Shown here: positions 17,609-27,861 of the stretch, in pieces | How positions within the stretch are numbered: the first letter of the stretch is position 1 | How the letters are laid out: each line of letters starts with the position of its first letter | From: Prochlorococcus marinus str. NATL2A | GTDB lineage: Bacteria > Cyanobacteriota > Cyanobacteriia > PCC-6307 > Cyanobiaceae | Length of the DNA: 32,000 bases | Direction: 5' to 3' | Assembly: GCF_000012465.1 (NCBI RefSeq) | Contig: NC_007335.2 | Location: 840,001 to 872,000, forward strand | The notes under the pieces: generated by a model | The model's input: only the letters and a program-made list of their open reading frames with translations | What the model was told of the DNA's origin: nothing | The model's database searches: none | Made by a program: the position numbers and the translations under genes

Positions 17609-18290
17609 AACTAGTTCTAATTTCATCTGCTACTTTAGCAATCGCTAAAGGTAATATTATATGTTCCATATCTTGAATTCTTTTTTTTAAGGTTTCTATA
17701 CTATCTTTTTCTTTAAGAGGGACTGCCGCTTGAATAATTATTGAGCCTGAATCAACCTCCTTTTGAACATAGTGAACTGTACAGCCAGTAATAGTTACCC
17801 TTTTGTCCATTGCCTGCTGTATTGCATCAATGCCTTTAAAAGATGGTAAAAGTGATGGATGTATATTAATTAGTCTATTATTGAACTTATTAATTATTTC
17901 TTCACCAACAATTCTCATCCACCCAGCCATAACAACTAGTTCTACAGATAGTTCCTCTAGTTTATTCATAACCAATTTATCGTGTTCTAATCTCGAATTA
18001 CAATCTCTATGATTAATAATTACATAGGGTATATCATATTTAATTGCCTTCTCTATTGCTAAGCAATTAGGATTATTAACAATTAATATAGATACTTCTG
18101 CATTAAGTTCATTGTTTTGAATAGATTTAATAATGAATTCAAAATTTGATCCATTACCAGATGCAAGGATACCTAATCTAATCTTTGGCTCAATAAAATT
18201 ACTTACTGATTCAATTGGACTTATTAGGCTATGTCCATTTAAACCATTAAATAAGTTACTTTCGCAATATTCTTTATTATCTTGATTCAT
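17592..18290 (-). CDS. purN: Phosphoribosylglycinamide formyltransferase
   Basis: About 232 aa from the ATG at 18290 (the TTG at 18293 in the ORF track is one codon upstream). Motifs LASGNGSNFE and NIHPSLLPSFKG. It has an N-terminal extension of about 35 aa relative to the catalytic core. Its 3' end overlaps argC by 17 nt. Confidence 0.9.
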   Translation of the reverse strand: MNQDNKEYCESNLFNGLNGHSLISPIESVSNFIEPKIRLGILASGNGSNFEFIIKSIQNNELNAEVSILIVNNPNCLAIEKAIKYDIPYVIINHRDCNSRLEHDKLVMNKLEELSVELVVMAGWMRIVGEEIINKFNNRLINIHPSLLPSFKGIDAIQQAMDKRVTITGCTVHYVQKEVDSGSIIIQAAVPLKEKDSIETLKKRIQDMEHIILPLAIAKVADEIRTSFKDKK

Positions 18291-18575
18291 CAATTAAGTC
18301 TTATATACAACAAATATATGACCTAACGAAGAAATTACAATATCTAAATGTAAAGACATTTTTAATATTAATAATATTCTAGACTAGTATTTATAAAGAT
18401 ACAGGTTTAGATAGTAATAACTAATTAACATAATATCATTCTTATTTGTCAATTGCTAAACATTCAGCATATACAAACCATTCTTGACTAATATAAATTA
18501 AATATTTTTGTTAAATGGCTCTCATTTGAGTGTACCTGTTAGCAGAATTCATTAAGGAGTACTCTTTTATTAATA

Positions 18576-20174
18576 ATGGCAATAACTGACATCTTCCAGA
18601 TGAATAACAACGATAAATGGGCAAGGTATTGCGACCTTTTGTATAGCGATGATTCATTAGGTTTTTGGCTTGATATAAGCAGAATGGATGTAGCGATAAA
18701 TGATTTTGAAGATTTTAATGAAATTTATTCCAAAGCCTTTGATGCATTAGAAAGTCTCGAGAATGGTTCTATTGCTAATATTGATGAAGGTAGGCAAGTA
18801 GGTCATTACTGGCTTAGGAATCCAAAAGTTGCTCCAAGTCCAGAGATTTCAGATTCTATAACTAAGGAAATTCAAGACATATCAAAGTTTGGGTCTTCTA
18901 TATTAAATGGTGAAATAACAAACAGCGATGGAGAAAAATATACAGATGTATTTTGGATTGGAATCGGTGGTAGTGGTTTAGGTCCTCTACTCATTAAGGA
19001 GTCCTTCAAGAGAGAATCAATCGGATTGGATCTACACTTTCTAGACAATGTAGATCCTGAGGGAATTTCCCATAAATTAAATTCTATCCTTCCTAATCTT
19101 AATTCAACTTTGTTTGTAGTCGTTAGTAAATCGGGTGGCACTCCAGAACCATTAATTGGAATGGAGCAAGCTATGAAGTTTGTTCGAGATAACAACCAGA
19201 ATTGGTCATCTCGAGCGATAGCTATTACATCAAAAGGGAGTAAATTAGATCTTTTGGCACATAATGAGAATTGGTTAGATATTTTTGATTTGCCCGATTG
19301 GGTTGGCGGCAGGACAAGTATTACTGGCGCTGTTGGATTATTACCTGCTGCTCTAATTGGCGCTGATATTAATAAATTCTTAAATGGAGCATCTCAAATG
19401 GATGCACTAACAAGAGTAAAAGACATTAAAAATAATCCAGCAGCACTTTTGTCCTTAGCTTGGTTTAAATCTGGAAATGGAAAAGGGTTAAGGGATATGG
19501 TTGTTCTTCCCTATAGAGACAGATTAGAAGTTTTCAGTAGATATCTTCAACAACTTGTGATGGAATCTTTAGGAAAGAAGTTTGATAGAGATGAAAATCA
19601 AGTTAATCAAGGTATCGCAGTTTATGGAAACAAAGGTTCTACAGATCAGCATGCATATGTCCAGCAATTAAGAGATGGTATTGATAATTTCTTTGTTAAT
19701 TTCATTGAAATTCTTCACGATCCTTTAGAGATTGTTGAAGTAAAAAATAAAAGACCAGGTGACTATTTGTCTGGATTTCTTCAAGGAACTCGTTCAGCAT
19801 TGACTGAAGGTGGTAGACAGAATTTGACAATCACTTTTAAGTCATTTGATGAATCAAGTCTTGGCGCTTTAATTGCATTGTTTGAGCGAGCTGTAAGTCT
19901 CTATGCTGAATTGATTAATGTTAATGCCTACAATCAACCGGGAGTTGAAGCAGGTAAAAAAGCGGCTACAAAGATAATAAAACTTCAAAAAGAGATTGAG
20001 GAATTATTAGATGATGGAAAGCAAAGAACATTAAATGAAATCAATGATGCGTTATCTTCTGATTCAACAGAGTCAATTTATTTAATTCTTAGAAAACTTT
20101 CAGAAAATTCTGATCATTATTCAATGATTGGTAATCAATCAAATCCCGATAAGCTTATTATTTCGAAAACTTAA
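18576..20174 (+). CDS. pgi: Glucose-6-phosphate isomerase
   Basis: 532 aa with PGI motifs [19 protein letters not shown] and [15 protein letters not shown]. Confidence 0.93.
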   Translation: MAITDIFQMNNNDKWARYCDLLYSDDSLGFWLDISRMDVAINDFEDFNEIYSKAFDALESLENGSIANIDEGRQVGHYWLRNPKVAPSPEISDSITKEIQDISKFGSSILNGEITNSDGEKYTDVFWIGIGGSGLGPLLIKESFKRESIGLDLHFLDNVDPEGISHKLNSILPNLNSTLFVVVSKSGGTPEPLIGMEQAMKFVRDNNQNWSSRAIAITSKGSKLDLLAHNENWLDIFDLPDWVGGRTSITGAVGLLPAALIGADINKFLNGASQMDALTRVKDIKNNPAALLSLAWFKSGNGKGLRDMVVLPYRDRLEVFSRYLQQLVMESLGKKFDRDENQVNQGIAVYGNKGSTDQHAYVQQLRDGIDNFFVNFIEILHDPLEIVEVKNKRPGDYLSGFLQGTRSALTEGGRQNLTITFKSFDESSLGALIALFERAVSLYAELINVNAYNQPGVEAGKKAATKIIKLQKEIEELLDDGKQRTLNEINDALSSDSTESIYLILRKLSENSDHYSMIGNQSNPDKLIISKT

Positions 20175-20177
20175 TTG

Positions 20178-22766
20178 CTAAATAACTATATTTACTAATT
20201 TATTCGGGACAACAATTATTCGTTTTGGTTCCTTTCCATCCATCCATTTTATAGCAGCCTCAGTTTTAATAGCTAAGTCCTCTAAATTTTCTTTAGATAG
20301 ATTTTTACTAGCATTAATTGATCCTCTAACTTTTCCATTTATTTGAATCATAAGTTTAAAAGTATCTTGTTCAATTGCACCTGCATCAAATTCTGGCCAT
20401 GACTGAAGATGAATACTTTGAGTATTTCCGATTGTCTTCCAAAGCTCCTCTGCAATATGAGGAGAAAATGGAGAAGTTATTTTAACTAATATTGAAATAA
20501 CTTTATTTAGAGTTTCATTACTACAGTAATTAACTATTAAACTTAGGCCATTTACAACCTTCATAAGTTCAGATATTGCTGTATTAAATTGAAGATTATC
20601 CAAATCATCAGTAATTTCCTTAATAGCAATATTAATTAGGCGTAAAGCCTCTTCGTCTTTAGACTTTTCTTTTTCTATATTAGATCTTGAATTATTATTT
20701 GTTAGTTTAAAAGTATTAATAACAAATTTCCAGAGTCTCTGTATAAATCGGTATTGCCCTTCGACATCGGAGTCATCCCACTCTAAATCTTTCTCTGGTG
20801 GAGCTTTAAAAAGAATAAACATTCTTGCTGTGTCAGCTCCATATTTATCTATCACTACAGATGGATCTACACCATTGTATTTTGACTTCGACATCTTTTC
20901 ATAGATGATTTCAATATTCTCTCCTGTAAGTGGATCTTTAGGATTATCAATATCTTTAATTTGATCCTTTGAAAAATATTTATTTGTATTGGGATTTTTA
21001 AAAGTAACGGCTTGAACCATCCCTTGAGTTAGCAGTTTCTTAAAAGGTTCATCGATATTTATTAATCCACATTTCTTGAGAGCCTTGGTTAAAAATCTAG
21101 AATATAGTAAATGTAAAATAGCGTGCTCGATACCACCAACATACTGCTTAACTGGAAGCCATTTGTCTATTTCGCTTTTCAGAAAAGGCTTTTCACAATT
21201 ATCAGGATTTATATATCTTAAAAAGTACCAAGATGAACACATAAAAGTGTCCATTGTATCAGTTTCTCTTTTTGCTTCAGTTCCACATTTTGGGCAACAA
21301 GTATTTATCCATTCGGTTTTGGTTGTTAAAGGACTCTTACCTTTACCAGTTAATTTAATATCAATTGGTAGTACAACTGGAAGATCATTGTCAGGGACTC
21401 TTACTTGGCCACACTTCTTACAATTAATAATCGGAATTGGGCAGCCCCAATATCGTTGTCTAGATATAAGCCAATCTCTTAATTTGTATGTGATCTTTGG
21501 TTTTGCCCAATTTGAATTTGAACCAAATTCAAGTATTTGTGTTTTTGCAATATCAGATTCAATACCATTAAATTTATCTGAATTGATCATGATTCCTTTA
21601 TCAACAAATTCAGCATTTAAATAACTTTCATCTTCATCAATATTGGGTTTTATTACATATTGAATTGGTAAATCATATGATTTTGCAAACTGATAATCTC
21701 TACTATCGTGAGCTGGAACACCCATCACAGCACCAGTTCCATATTCCATAATCACATAGTCTCCTATCCAAATCGGTATCTCTTTATTATTTGCTGGATT
21801 AATTGCATCTACTCCTAAGTACATTCCAAGTTTTTGTCTAGTATCTGAATTACGTTCAAGATCACTTAACTTTTCTTGAGTTTGTCTAAAGTCATTTAAT
21901 TTATCTATATCATTAGAACTTATTAATTGATCAATTAATGGATGATTCGATGCTAATACCAGATAACTCACTCCATAAACGGTATCTATTCTTGTTGTGA
22001 ATGCTGTTATTTTTTGGTCGCTATTTTTGATTTCAAATGTTATTTCTGCTCCGATGGATTTACCAATCCAATTTTTTTGCATAACTCTTACTCTATCTGG
22101 CCAGTCATTAAGCTTAATTAAATCCTTATTAAGATCTTCGGCGAAACTAGTAATTCGTAAAAACCACTGATTTAATTCTTTTTTCTCAACTTTAGCTCCA
22201 GATCTCCATGATTTACCTTCAGCGTCTACTTGCTCATTAGCAAGAACAGTTTGATCAATTGGATCCCAATTAACTGTTGCTTTTTTTTGATAGGCAAGAT
22301 TATTTTTATGTAATTGATTAAATATATATTGAGTCCATTTATAATATTCTTCTTTGCAAGTAGTAACTTCTTTAGACCAATCTATTGATAGTCCTAGACG
22401 ATCTAATTGATCTTTCATTTGTGAAATATTTTTATCTGTCCATGTCGATGGACTTATTTCTCTCTCTATTGCTGCATTTTCAGCAGGTAAACCGAAGGAA
22501 TCCCAACCCATTGGATGTAGGACGTTAAAACCTTTCATCCTTTTATATCTAGCGAGCACGTCTGTAATTACATAATTCCTGACGTGACCCATATGTAAAG
22601 AACCTGATGGGTATGGAAACATGGACAAGGCATAGAAAGTATTTTCTTTATTTACTTCAGTATTTGTCCTATAAAGGTCATCACTAGCCCATTCTTTTTG
22701 CCAATAAGCTTCTACTTCCCGAGGCTCGTATCGCTGGTCATTAATATCTGAAGTAGTATTATTCAA
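20178..22766 (-). CDS. leuS: Leucyl-tRNA synthetase
   Basis: 862 aa with HIGH-type motif HMGHVRNY and KMSKS motif KMSKSK. The start must be the TTG at 22766, preceded by AAGGAG 7 nt upstream. No other start codon lies between the in-frame upstream stop and the conserved N-terminus. Confidence 0.95.
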   Translation of the reverse strand: MNNTTSDINDQRYEPREVEAYWQKEWASDDLYRTNTEVNKENTFYALSMFPYPSGSLHMGHVRNYVITDVLARYKRMKGFNVLHPMGWDSFGLPAENAAIEREISPSTWTDKNISQMKDQLDRLGLSIDWSKEVTTCKEEYYKWTQYIFNQLHKNNLAYQKKATVNWDPIDQTVLANEQVDAEGKSWRSGAKVEKKELNQWFLRITSFAEDLNKDLIKLNDWPDRVRVMQKNWIGKSIGAEITFEIKNSDQKITAFTTRIDTVYGVSYLVLASNHPLIDQLISSNDIDKLNDFRQTQEKLSDLERNSDTRQKLGMYLGVDAINPANNKEIPIWIGDYVIMEYGTGAVMGVPAHDSRDYQFAKSYDLPIQYVIKPNIDEDESYLNAEFVDKGIMINSDKFNGIESDIAKTQILEFGSNSNWAKPKITYKLRDWLISRQRYWGCPIPIINCKKCGQVRVPDNDLPVVLPIDIKLTGKGKSPLTTKTEWINTCCPKCGTEAKRETDTMDTFMCSSWYFLRYINPDNCEKPFLKSEIDKWLPVKQYVGGIEHAILHLLYSRFLTKALKKCGLINIDEPFKKLLTQGMVQAVTFKNPNTNKYFSKDQIKDIDNPKDPLTGENIEIIYEKMSKSKYNGVDPSVVIDKYGADTARMFILFKAPPEKDLEWDDSDVEGQYRFIQRLWKFVINTFKLTNNNSRSNIEKEKSKDEEALRLINIAIKEITDDLDNLQFNTAISELMKVVNGLSLIVNYCSNETLNKVISILVKITSPFSPHIAEELWKTIGNTQSIHLQSWPEFDAGAIEQDTFKLMIQINGKVRGSINASKNLSKENLEDLAIKTEAAIKWMDGKEPKRIIVVPNKLVNIVI

Positions 22767-22901
22767 GGAAGATCTCCTTCAGTAGTTGATTTGCTAATCA
22801 AATAATGTTCTCATAAATTGATGCGCAATATGCCAATAGTTCTGAAATTACTACCAAGAGTCCTTTATTTCCTACAAACATAGTTTAACAATCAGAAAAT
22901 C

Positions 22902-23756
22902 ATGAAAAATAATTTTTCAAAATATCAAGGACTTGGTAATGATTTTATTATCTTTGATGCTCGTAGTAACAATTTAGACCATTTATTTTCAAAAAATAAA
23001 GATAATTTTATTGAGCACCTATGTAATAGAAATTTCGGCATCGGAGCTGATGGTATTATTCTTATATTAGAGTCTAATAATAAATGTTTTGTGAGAATGA
23101 AGATTTATAATTCTGATGGATCTGAGCCAGAAATGTGTGGCAATGGTATTAGATGTCTGATTGCTTTTTTGAATGATAATAATGAAATTAATGAATTGTC
23201 TGAGATCCCCATTGAGACCAAAGCGGGTCTTATTCTTACTTATATTGATGGTAATGAAAATATAAAAGTAAATATGGGTGAACCTATTCTTTCTCCTTTA
23301 GATATACCCACAAAATTGTTGATGAACAGTTTAAAAGTTCCTAATGGTGTGATTACATTAAAAGATCAAATATTAAATGTTTATGCTGCTAGTATGGGCA
23401 ATCCTCATATGATCGTATTTGTTAATGATATTGAAGGGATACCATTTCAAGAATGGGGTAGTTTCCTAGAAAAACATAATACATTCCCAAACGATACCAA
23501 TGTTCACTTTGTTGAAATAATCGATAAGTCAAATATTAAAGTAAAGGTATGGGAAAGGGGTTGCGGCCCAACATTAGCTTGTGGTACTGGAGCATGCGCT
23601 TGTCTAGTAGTTACCTCTAAGCTAGGGAAAACTTTAAACAATGCTAATGTCTATTTACCAGGCGGCAAATTAGAAGTTGAGTGGCCAAATCAGTCAGGTC
23701 CCGTTTTCATGCAAGGACCAGCTTTAAAAGTATTTAGTGGAGAGATAGATATTTAA
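22902..23756 (+). CDS. dapF: Diaminopimelate epimerase
   Basis: 284 aa with the GLGNDF N-terminus and two catalytic-Cys motifs, MCGNGIRC and ACGTGACA. Confidence 0.92.
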   Translation: MKNNFSKYQGLGNDFIIFDARSNNLDHLFSKNKDNFIEHLCNRNFGIGADGIILILESNNKCFVRMKIYNSDGSEPEMCGNGIRCLIAFLNDNNEINELSEIPIETKAGLILTYIDGNENIKVNMGEPILSPLDIPTKLLMNSLKVPNGVITLKDQILNVYAASMGNPHMIVFVNDIEGIPFQEWGSFLEKHNTFPNDTNVHFVEIIDKSNIKVKVWERGCGPTLACGTGACACLVVTSKLGKTLNNANVYLPGGKLEVEWPNQSGPVFMQGPALKVFSGEIDI

Positions 23757-23767
23757 TAAGTCCTCAT

Positions 23768-24949
23768 ATGAATGATATTTATCTCGATGCATCAGCGACT
23801 ACTCCTCCTCATTTAGATGTTATTACTAAATTAAAGGATATTCAATTTGAATGCTGGGGTAATCCATCAAGTATTCATAAAGTTGGGGTTATCGCAAGAG
23901 AGATTTTAGAAAGATCAAGATTATCAATAGCAAATAAATTGAAAGCGTCTTCTGACGAATTATTTTTTACATCTGGAGCAACTGAATCAAATTATCTAGC
24001 TCTAAAAGCTGTATCTAATAATCTTGATAGAGGAAGAATTGTCATTTCTAGCGTTGAACACCCCTCGATTAACCTAATAGCTAATCAATTGCGTAATGAA
24101 GGCTGGGATATTAAATACTGGCCTGTGGATAGTTATGGAATTATTGACCTAGATTTATTAGAGGAGGTGTTATCTCCTCCGACAAAATTGGTTTCAATAA
24201 TCTGGGGACAAAGTGTGATTGGCTCCATTCAGCCCATAAATCTCATAGGTATGGAATGTAAGAAACGAAATATTCTTTTCCATACAGATGCAACACAGGT
24301 CCTCCCTTGTGGCCTTATTGATTGGAGTAATTTAAATGTCGATATGCTTAGCGCCTCTGCTCATAAGCTTCAAGGCCCTAAGGGTATTGGTTTATTGATG
24401 TTGCGAAAGGGTATTCAAGATTTATTAATGAAGAATCCTTCATATGGATTTAAAAATGGCTCTATAAGATCTGGTACTGAGTCTGTTCCCCTTATTGCAG
24501 GTTTTTCGACAGCGATTGACTTACTCAATGAATATATAGAGGTTAAAGATAATCAAACTTTATTTCCTGTTAATAATGTTTCAAAAATGACTTCTCTTTT
24601 AAAAAGAAAGCTAATTAATAATAAACATCTTACGTTTATCGGACCAGACAAGGAACGACTGCCCAATAATCTTTCATTTCTCTGTCATACAGAAGCAATG
24701 ATTCCGATTAAAGGTAGAGAAATTGTTCGATTATTGTCAAAACATGGAGTTTATATAAGTAGCGGTAGTGCTTGCTCTTCATCTAGTCAAGGACCAAATC
24801 CAATACTTGTAGCAATTAATGTCGATAAAACATTTCAAGAATCTGGATTAAGAATTACTATTGGTCCATGGATTTCAAATGATGATATTACCTCAGTCTC
24901 AAATATAATATTCGAATCATTGAAATCTTTAGAACTCAAAAAACAATGA
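23768..24949 (+). CDS. Cysteine desulfurase (NifS/IscS-like class V aminotransferase)
   Basis: 393 aa with PLP-lysine motif SASAHKLQGPKGIG and active-site Cys loop SSGSACSS. Confidence 0.85.
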   Translation: MNDIYLDASATTPPHLDVITKLKDIQFECWGNPSSIHKVGVIAREILERSRLSIANKLKASSDELFFTSGATESNYLALKAVSNNLDRGRIVISSVEHPSINLIANQLRNEGWDIKYWPVDSYGIIDLDLLEEVLSPPTKLVSIIWGQSVIGSIQPINLIGMECKKRNILFHTDATQVLPCGLIDWSNLNVDMLSASAHKLQGPKGIGLLMLRKGIQDLLMKNPSYGFKNGSIRSGTESVPLIAGFSTAIDLLNEYIEVKDNQTLFPVNNVSKMTSLLKRKLINNKHLTFIGPDKERLPNNLSFLCHTEAMIPIKGREIVRLLSKHGVYISSGSACSSSSQGPNPILVAINVDKTFQESGLRITIGPWISNDDITSVSNIIFESLKSLELKKQ

Positions 24950-24959
24950 TCATTAAACA

Positions 24960-25580
24960 ATGAATATGTTGCCATCAGATCTTAAAGAGGCTGAATCAAA
25001 TGTATATGAATCTGTTCAAAGTTACTTTTTAAGTAACTCCGAACAATCATTTCTATCTATAAATCTAAAATTCGATGGATTAAGACTAAATCCAATTATC
25101 TTTCGTTTATCTAATAAACTTACAGAAATTAAATACGATAATATTTTATTGTGGGCTGATGCTGGTGGAGCAGCTCTCGCGAAAAGAGATTATCCTGAAT
25201 TAGCTACTAAGATCTTTACTTTTAAAGAATTTATTAATTCTACAGATTTGTCAAATTCTATATTATTAGTTTGTTCTCCTCAACCATATGATATAGAAAT
25301 GTTTGAACAAGTATGTTCACATGCAAAATCTAATGTAATTATGATTAATGGTAAGCTGGAGGATCCAATTGTTGGAATTGGAAGCGTAGGAAGAGAAATG
25401 AGAAAAAGATTTGCTAAAAAATGGAAAGTTTTATACTTTGTTCAACCATTATCGATGGGTGCATTATTAAAAAGATATCCCAATGATTGGGAACTTTTTA
25501 AATTAAATAATAATGGTTATACTTTTGTTAAATCATTTATTAATAGACCTGACGATGAAACAATAATCCTTAACTTGTAA
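24960..25580 (+). CDS. Conserved hypothetical protein, DUF1995-like
   Basis: 206 aa soluble protein. It sits in a tight co-directional cluster, 10 nt after the cysteine desulfurase stop and 4 nt before the dacB start. The family name is recalled from memory, not searched. Confidence 0.5.
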   Translation: MNMLPSDLKEAESNVYESVQSYFLSNSEQSFLSINLKFDGLRLNPIIFRLSNKLTEIKYDNILLWADAGGAALAKRDYPELATKIFTFKEFINSTDLSNSILLVCSPQPYDIEMFEQVCSHAKSNVIMINGKLEDPIVGIGSVGREMRKRFAKKWKVLYFVQPLSMGALLKRYPNDWELFKLNNNGYTFVKSFINRPDDETIILNL

Positions 25581-25584
25581 ATTA

Positions 25585-26820
25585 ATGAAAAAAAATCTTT
25601 CTTTATTTATTGGATTAATAATTATATCGATAAATACAGCCAATGGTAATATATTTTCGATATATTCTTACGTCCGACAAAGAATTAATATTAATACTAT
25701 AAGTCCTGAGGAGACAAATATATGTTATGCATTGCAAAAAAAGATAGAGGATTATATTGATAACTTTAATAGTCAAATAAGTGTTAACATTTTAAATAAA
25801 AATGGTGAGTATATTGTAGATATAAATGGAAAAATCCCTAGAATTCCTGCTTCGAATCAAAAGATTTTGTCGAGCGCTTTTTCTTTAGATAATTTAGGAC
25901 CAAACTATATTCTCAAAACATCTCTAAAAGAGATGAGTAGTGGAGGATTATACTTTGATGCATCTGGTGATCCTGACTTTAATAAAAGACATTTAGATGA
26001 GTTACTAAGAGGACTAAATAGTAAGGAGATTAATACGGGTATTAAATTACCAATTTTAATCAGTAGTAGTAATAAAAATACTTGGTGGCCCCCTAGCTGG
26101 TCCTATTCTGATAGGAAAGAGGAGTATGGAGCACCAATTACTAAGTACTCGATAGCTAGTAATGCAAGTACTAAAGCTTTAAATAATCCAATAGATAATT
26201 TTATTAATGAGTTAAATACTTCTCTAGTAAGAAATAACTTATCAAGTAAATATTTTATTAAACCTGTTTATAAGGATTTTTCTGTTGATTTTGCTTCTAC
26301 TATCAAAAGTGTTAATTCTGCGCCCTTATATATTTTACTTAATCTAGTTAATTCTGAAAGCCATAATTATACAGCTGAGGTTGTTTTCAGACATTCATTA
26401 AATAATTGGTCTCATGATTTTCCTAATGTTAAATACACTAAGTGGTTAAATGATCAAAACTTTGATTCAGATGATTTTATCTTTGCTGATGCTAGTGGTT
26501 TATCAAGAGAAAATAGAGTTACTACATATGGTTTATCTCAATTTTTGAGAAGAATGCAATTAAGTAGATATTCCGATTATTATTTCTCATCTTTTTCTAT
26601 TTTAGGGGTTAGAGGATCATTGAAAAATGTAAAAGCCCCAATAAATCTCAAAGGTAGAATTTTAGCTAAATCAGGAAGACTTAGTAACGTTAGATCTATT
26701 TCTGGTATTATATTAGGCAAAGATAAAATATTTAGTATTATTGTTAATAATAAGGAAAATTCGACGAAGAATATTATTAATATTTTATCAATAGTAGATA
26801 ATACTAATTATTGTACTTAA
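25585..26820 (+). CDS. dacB: D-alanyl-D-alanine carboxypeptidase/endopeptidase (PBP4 family)
   Basis: 411 aa with an N-terminal signal-like segment. SxxK motif PASNQK and a KTG-like motif AKSGRLS. The protein is very Asn/Ile/Lys-rich. Confidence 0.75.
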   Translation: MKKNLSLFIGLIIISINTANGNIFSIYSYVRQRININTISPEETNICYALQKKIEDYIDNFNSQISVNILNKNGEYIVDINGKIPRIPASNQKILSSAFSLDNLGPNYILKTSLKEMSSGGLYFDASGDPDFNKRHLDELLRGLNSKEINTGIKLPILISSSNKNTWWPPSWSYSDRKEEYGAPITKYSIASNASTKALNNPIDNFINELNTSLVRNNLSSKYFIKPVYKDFSVDFASTIKSVNSAPLYILLNLVNSESHNYTAEVVFRHSLNNWSHDFPNVKYTKWLNDQNFDSDDFIFADASGLSRENRVTTYGLSQFLRRMQLSRYSDYYFSSFSILGVRGSLKNVKAPINLKGRILAKSGRLSNVRSISGIILGKDKIFSIIVNNKENSTKNIINILSIVDNTNYCT

Positions 26821-27293
26821 TTAGTATTTAGTTTCATAAGATCCTTAGCGATGAATTCAGGAACCATATGGCGAATCTCACCGCCAAATCTTGCGACTTC
26901 TTTAACTACTGAACTACTTAAAAAGCTATGGTGCGTTTCTGTCGCGAGAAAAATTGTTTCGTACTGATTATTTAAAGATCTGTTTGTATGAGCAACCTGT
27001 AGTTCATATTCAAAATCACTCATAGCTCTTAAGCCTCTTAAAATAAGATCAGCATTGTTTTCATGAGCACAATCAACAGTTAATCCTTTAAAAGCTATTG
27101 TTCTGCAACCTGGGATATCTTTTGTAGCATTTTTAATCTGCTCGATTCTTCTCTCGCACGAGAAAGTTGCCTTTTTTGATGGGTTTTCTAATACTGCAAT
27201 GAGAACCTCTCCAAATAAATCACTTCCTCTTTGAATTAGATCAAGGTGCCCAAATGTTAATGGGTCGAAACTACCCGGATAAAGCGCCTTCAT
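26817..27293 (-). CDS. coaD: Phosphopantetheine adenylyltransferase
   Basis: 158 aa with [16 protein letters not shown] (nucleotidyltransferase HxGH-type motif). Its stop shares the tetranucleotide TTAA with the dacB stop. Confidence 0.93.
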   Translation of the reverse strand: MKALYPGSFDPLTFGHLDLIQRGSDLFGEVLIAVLENPSKKATFSCERRIEQIKNATKDIPGCRTIAFKGLTVDCAHENNADLILRGLRAMSDFEYELQVAHTNRSLNNQYETIFLATETHHSFLSSSVVKEVARFGGEIRHMVPEFIAKDLMKLNTN

Positions 27294-27360
27294 TGTTTTT
27301 TAGCTTTAAAAATGTCCATTTCTTTCATAGAATCACATATCTATAAACGTATCAAAGCGC

Positions 27361-27843
27361 ATGACTCTCAATCAGGATGCAAAAAAAGTTCTTTTGCGCA
27401 AAATCCCTCATGGATTATTTATATGTGCAGTAAGAGAGGGTGATGAAATAAATGGTTTTACAGCTAGCTGGGTAACACAAGGTTCATTTACACCACCATT
27501 AGTTGTAATGGCTGTTCGTGCCGATGGATCTAGTCATGGAATTATTCAAAGAACAAAGATGTTTTCTTTAAATGTTTTGAGAGAAGATCAAAAGGACCTA
27601 GCAGCTGTGTTTTTTAAGCCTCAAAAAGGATTAGGAGGAAGATTTGAAGCTTGTAAATTCACTTATGGAGAATTAGGCATGCCGTTAATCGAAGATGTCA
27701 TAGGTGGCGTTGAATGTGAAGTCATTTCAGGAGTCGAGCATGGAGATCACACAGTTTTCGTCGCTGAAGTAAAGAGTGCAGTATTGAATAAAGATGGATC
27801 TGCCTTAAATTTAGCGAGCACAGGTTGGAATTATGGTGGTTAA
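27361..27843 (+). CDS. Flavin reductase-like domain protein (DIM6/NTAB family)
   Basis: 160 aa. GLFICAVREGDEINGFTASWVTQGSFTPPLVVMAV is typical of the FMN-binding split-barrel flavin reductase domain. Confidence 0.8.
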   Translation: MTLNQDAKKVLLRKIPHGLFICAVREGDEINGFTASWVTQGSFTPPLVVMAVRADGSSHGIIQRTKMFSLNVLREDQKDLAAVFFKPQKGLGGRFEACKFTYGELGMPLIEDVIGGVECEVISGVEHGDHTVFVAEVKSAVLNKDGSALNLASTGWNYGG

Positions 27844-27861
27844 TTTATCGAGACAAGTTCG

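Noticed and set aside
21076-21624. A 182-aa plus-strand ORF antisense to leuS, surprisingly long for an AT-rich genome
   Set aside because: It begins with TTG and has no ATG until near its C-terminus. Its composition (Ser/Leu/Ile/Phe-rich) is what the reverse complement of AT-rich coding sequence gives. It lies entirely inside the highly conserved leuS. In this antisense frame, stops arise only at Tyr/His/Gln codons preceded by particular third bases, so occasional long open stretches are expected.
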